A DNA stretch of 64,000 nucleotides from an uncultured delta proteobacterium (GTDB lineage Bacteria > Myxococcota_A > Polyangia > Polyangiales > Polyangiaceae), in assembly GCA_963841435.1 (NCBI GenBank), contig CAWJCS010000006.1, positions 96,001 through 160,000 on the forward strand, written 5' to 3'. The position numbers and the translations under genes are program-made. Each line of letters begins with the position of its first letter. The first letter of the stretch is position 1. Positions 60,425 to 64,000 of the stretch are shown piece after piece. Below the pieces are notes generated by a model. That model was not told where the DNA came from, searched no databases, and saw only the letters and a program-made list of their open reading frames with translations.

Positions 60425-61574
60425 GCTCGAGCCGCTTCAGACCGCGCTTCGGCAGGAGCTCGGAAGCCCCCCGGATGCGTGGCAGCAAGCGCAGCGCGCG
60501 CGCGTGCGGGCAGGGCTGCGCGCACCAGCGCGCCCTCCGCTTTTCCGAAAAGCGGCCCCCTGGGTCCTCGCGTCGCTCGCGCTTTTCTCGGTGCTCGTCT
60601 GGTTCGTGGCGTCGCGCCCGGCCGCGAGCGCCGACCAAGAGCTCGTTGCGGAAGCGCTAAAAGAGCCGTTCCGACTCGACGACGGGAGCAGCATCTCTCT
60701 CGATCCGGGAGCACGCGGGCGGCTTTCGGCGGGCGACGCCGGTGTTCATTTCGATCTGGAGCAGGGCCGCGCAAGCTTCAACGTCAACCCCGCGCGCAAG
60801 CGAAAATGGAGGGTCAGCGCCGGAAAGAACGAAGTGCGGGTCGTCGGGACGCGCTTCAGCGTCACCTATGGACCCGCTGACGGGTTCGAGGTCAACGTCG
60901 AGCGCGGGATCGTGGCCGTGCAGGTTCCAGGTCGCCCCGCAAGCGTCGAGCTCAAGGCAGGTGAGCACTTCCGCGGACGCTCGGAGCGCGTAGAAACCGT
61001 TCGCAACGCGGCGCCGTCGCTCGGGCCTGCCGCCGAGCCACGACCAACGCTCGTCTTGCCAACGTCGCCCTCGGCGGTGCCGTCCGGGGCCGAGGCGCCC
61101 GCGACGCCGGCAACCACCTCCGACTGGCTGGCCCGATACCGAGCGGGGAAGTACGCCGAGGCGCTCGCGCTCGTGCGCTCGACCGGTGTGGACAAGCGCC
61201 TCGGCGAGCTCTCGCCGACGGCGCTTTCGGACCTCGCGGAGGCTGCCCGGCTGGGTGGTGATTCCGATCTGGCTGTGCGCGCATTGACGGCGCTCTTGCG
61301 GCGGTTTGCTGGGACCGCGGAGGCTCGCGAAGCGAGATTCCTGCTCGGTCGCGTGCAGGCCCTGCGCGGCGATCGCACCGCCGCCATCGCGGCGTTCGAG
61401 GGCTACCTCGCGGGTCGGGCGACACGCTACGAAAACGAGGCCCTCGGTCAACTGATGGAGCTTTACTCGGCTCGCGGCGACCGTGAGCGCGCTCGCGAGA
61501 TCGCCCAGCGCTACCTCGAGCGGGCCCCGAAGGGCCCCTACCATCTCCTCGCGCAGTCGCTCATATCTCCCTAG
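60417..61574 (+). CDS. FecR-domain anti-sigma factor with C-terminal TPR
   Basis: TM, LDDGS, LEQG, VRVVGTRFSV, Pro linker, TPR-like helices. Confidence 0.88.
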   Translation: MDELEPLQTALRQELGSPPDAWQQAQRARVRAGLRAPARPPLFRKAAPWVLASLALFSVLVWFVASRPAASADQELVAEALKEPFRLDDGSSISLDPGARGRLSAGDAGVHFDLEQGRASFNVNPARKRKWRVSAGKNEVRVVGTRFSVTYGPADGFEVNVERGIVAVQVPGRPASVELKAGEHFRGRSERVETVRNAAPSLGPAAEPRPTLVLPTSPSAVPSGAEAPATPATTSDWLARYRAGKYAEALALVRSTGVDKRLGELSPTALSDLAEAARLGGDSDLAVRALTALLRRFAGTAEAREARFLLGRVQALRGDRTAAIAAFEGYLAGRATRYENEALGQLMELYSARGDRERAREIAQRYLERAPKGPYHLLAQSLISP

Positions 61575-61590
61575 GAGCGAGGCGCTTTTC

Positions 61591-62619
61591 GTGACGGGTC
61601 GGTCGAGCTTGACGGCGTTCGCGGCGACGCTGGTCGCGGCCAGTTTCGTTTCGCGACCCGCTCGCGCGGAAGTCCACGTCTCGATTCAGTACGATTCCGA
61701 GGAGCGTCTCGAGGCCGCGCGACGCCTTTTTTCCGAGCTCGCCACGGAAGGGTACGTCGTGGAGATGGCGCCGAGCGCGGTCGCGTCGCCATGCGAGGCG
61801 ACCGGCGCGCGCGTTCCGAGCGTCCCGCGGGACACGAATGCTTGGGTCCGATTGAGCGCGGACCCATCCGGCGCCGACGCGGTCGTGGCCTCAATCTGTT
61901 ACCTTGGTGCGCTGCCTTTCCTCCAGCAAGCGAGCTCGAGCGCACCGAGATCCGATCCGGACCAGCTCGCCGTCGCGACGGCCGAGGCCCTGAACGGCCT
62001 CCGTGCCAAGCTGCCTCCGATCGTCGGCGAGACCCCGGCACCCGAGCGTCAGGAGGCCCCACCGAGCCCGGCAGAGCCCCCGGCCAGTCCAAGCGCGCCC
62101 GTGAACGGCGTGGGACTCGGCGTGGCAATCTGGCAAAACCTCCCGGACTACCCCGTATCGCCCGGCGTGCTGTTTCGGGCGACGCTCGGCGCGAGCGCCC
62201 GAGTGAGCCTTTCCGTCGAAGCGTTCGCGCCGACCCGCGGCGCGGAGCTCGCGGACGCAGAGGTGACGGCCACCGTCCGAACCGCCTGGCTGAGAGTGGG
62301 CCCGCGCCTCGGCTGGAAGCTCGGTGACCTCGAGCTTTTTGGTGCGCTGCTCGCGGGCCCGGCCCTCACTTGGGCGACCGCCACGGCACGCCCTCCGCGT
62401 GTCGGCACGGCGGACGTCTCGCCCGGCGCGCTCCTCTCGATCTCGGCCGCCCTCGAGTACCCGAGCCGAAGCCCGATCTTCGCCTCTGCCTCGGCGTCGG
62501 CGTCCGCGCTTCTACCGGGCCTGCGACTGCACCTCGCCGACGGCTCGCCGGCGCCGAGCGGCTCGTGGCCAATCGATGCGGCCGTGGGGGTCGGAGCTCG
62601 CTTTGGCGGCGAGGACTGA
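61591..62619 (+). CDS. Hypothetical exported protein with C-terminal beta-barrel-like region
   Basis: Signal peptide ending ARA, N-domain, Pro linker, amphipathic strands ending VGVGARF. Confidence 0.7.
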   Translation: MTGRSSLTAFAATLVAASFVSRPARAEVHVSIQYDSEERLEAARRLFSELATEGYVVEMAPSAVASPCEATGARVPSVPRDTNAWVRLSADPSGADAVVASICYLGALPFLQQASSSAPRSDPDQLAVATAEALNGLRAKLPPIVGETPAPERQEAPPSPAEPPASPSAPVNGVGLGVAIWQNLPDYPVSPGVLFRATLGASARVSLSVEAFAPTRGAELADAEVTATVRTAWLRVGPRLGWKLGDLELFGALLAGPALTWATATARPPRVGTADVSPGALLSISAALEYPSRSPIFASASASASALLPGLRLHLADGSPAPSGSWPIDAAVGVGARFGGED

Positions 62620-62717
62620 GCCGGGCCCTTTCGTCGGCCGCTCAGCGCTTCGGCTCGAGCGGCGAGGTGCCGGCGAATCGACGCGCGGACAACCCTGGGA
62701 ATCGGCTTCGGTCGGCA

Positions 62718-64000
62718 TCAAGGCTTCGCGGCGCGAAGCGCGCGGCGGCGCGCATTGAACAGGACCGCCGTGGCCAGGAGTGGCCCCGACACCGCGATGG
62801 CCACCACGATTTGCTCGAGCGCGCCCGGGTGGCGCGGGGCTTCGAAGAAAGCCGCCTCGAACAGCGTCGTCACGGCATCGCCCGCGATGAGCACGAGCAA
62901 GAGCGCCGCGAGCCACGACCGCCAGCGCACGCCGAGCGCGAGGAGCCCAGCGCACAAAAGCACGTCGAAGACGACCCAGAACCACTGCACCCAGGGCGCC
63001 GGAAACCAGTACGCTCCGTCAACGGTGGCGAGCAAGAGCGTCCACGGAACCAAGAGCACGGCGAGCACGCGGACCACGATGGACGGCCCGCGCAGGAGCG
63101 CCTCGATGCCGTAGCGCAGGAGTCCCCGGTGGGAGAACGCGGAAAGGCTGTCGTAGACGGCCGACTGCAACGACTGCTGCGCCGGGAACGAGAGGTAAAT
63201 CGGCGTCCATTCGCGGGGTCGAAACTTGGCCTTGAACGCCTGCAGCCCCGAAAAATCGTAGAGCGCGGAGCCCCAGCGTCCGGCCAGGCGCAAGCCGAAC
63301 GGCACCTCGCCGGAGAGCGGCGCGAGCCCGAGTGTCACGTAACCGATGCCGGCGGCTTCCGCATCCCGCATCGCCGCGTCCACGAGAAGCTCGATGGTGC
63401 CATTTGGTGCATCGGGCGCCCGCACGAGGTCCTCGATGAAACGACCGTTGCGCGCGTAGACCGGAACGATGCCGGCGAGGCCCACGAGGCGCTGGCCGAC
63501 ATGCGCCAAGAGCACGGTGCGTTCCTCGGGGAACGCGTAGGGGTACACGCGCACGAGGAACCCCATCGGCGGCATGGGTTTGGTGGCAAGCCAGCGAGCG
63601 ATGAGCTTCTCAATCTCGCGACGTTCGGCACCTCCGTGATCGGCGAGCGACTCGGCCGAAGGACGCGTGACGACGACGCCTTTGGCTCGCGCTCGACGGA
63701 GCTGCTCGCGCAGGCTCGGATTCGCGGTGAGCGTTCCCTGCCACTTTTGGGGATCGAAGAGCGGCTGCTCGCCGATGAGGATCGAATCGAGCCCGCTCTG
63801 CTCGACGAAGCGGCCCTCGGTAGCGAAAAACACGGCCCGGCGCCCCGCGGCACGGGCGACCCGAATGAACCCTGCCGCCACCTCCCGCAATCGCGTCGGG
63901 TCGGCGATGGGCGCGCCCGCGGCGACCCAGGCGCGCCCCGTGTCCACGTAAGCGACGCAAGCGTCGTCATCGACGAACCAATACTCGAACCCGGGCTCGA
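62718..64000 (-). CDS. Aminoacyl-phosphatidylglycerol synthase-like (DUF2156) protein; 5' end beyond window
   Basis: DAPNGTIELL, TLGLAPL, YDFSGLQAFKAKF; C-terminal TM segments. Confidence 0.85.
   Translation of the reverse strand, partial: EPGFEYWFVDDDACVAYVDTGRAWVAAGAPIADPTRLREVAAGFIRVARAAGRRAVFFATEGRFVEQSGLDSILIGEQPLFDPQKWQGTLTANPSLREQLRRARAKGVVVTRPSAESLADHGGAERREIEKLIARWLATKPMPPMGFLVRVYPYAFPEERTVLLAHVGQRLVGLAGIVPVYARNGRFIEDLVRAPDAPNGTIELLVDAAMRDAEAAGIGYVTLGLAPLSGEVPFGLRLAGRWGSALYDFSGLQAFKAKFRPREWTPIYLSFPAQQSLQSAVYDSLSAFSHRGLLRYGIEALLRGPSIVVRVLAVLLVPWTLLLATVDGAYWFPAPWVQWFWVVFDVLLCAGLLALGVRWRSWLAALLLVLIAGDAVTTLFEAAFFEAPRHPGALEQIVVAIAVSGPLLATAVLFNARRRALRAAKP

Noticed and set aside
1-64000. 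CRISPR arrays, tRNA/rRNA, prophage, defence or NRPS/PKS genes
   Set aside because: No repeat-spacer arrays or diagnostic motifs seen; tandem repeats lie inside coding linkers

Overview
GC-rich bacterial DNA whose gene repertoire looks myxobacterial (Polyangiaceae/Sorangium-like): Gly-rich lipoproteins, Cys-rich surface proteins, a MYXO-CTERM-like tail and an ECF-FecR cassette. The taxon is inferred, not proven. About 55 genes are supportable; I found no rRNA, tRNA or CRISPR array. The dominant theme is about 20 predicted lipoproteins sharing one architecture: signal peptide/lipobox Cys, a low-complexity Gly/Ala/Ser/Thr linker, then a cargo domain. The cargoes cover much of a pectin/plant-wall toolkit (2 PL1 pectate lyases, GH28, 2 GH105, CE12-like, GH43, 2 SGNH esterases, 2 feruloyl/PHB-esterase-like) plus an M64 peptidase, a DUF3494 ice-binding domain, a C-type lectin and unknown domains. 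Other modules: porin+MFS, UBP-ZnF/cNMP-TrxR/DksA-like cluster, LiaF-LiaF-LytS-LytTR operon, MlaEFD-PqiC transporter, ECF sigma/FecR-TPR/beta-barrel cassette. Elements absent from the ORF track: a 197-bp MITE with 13-bp TIRs and a CTAA duplication, a 55-aa membrane protein behind a sigma54-like promoter, LytTR-type 21-bp-phased repeats and a frameshifted LuxR HTH remnant. Several genes are broken by single-base indels, which may be assembly errors. Family calls come from motif recognition only; no database searches were run.
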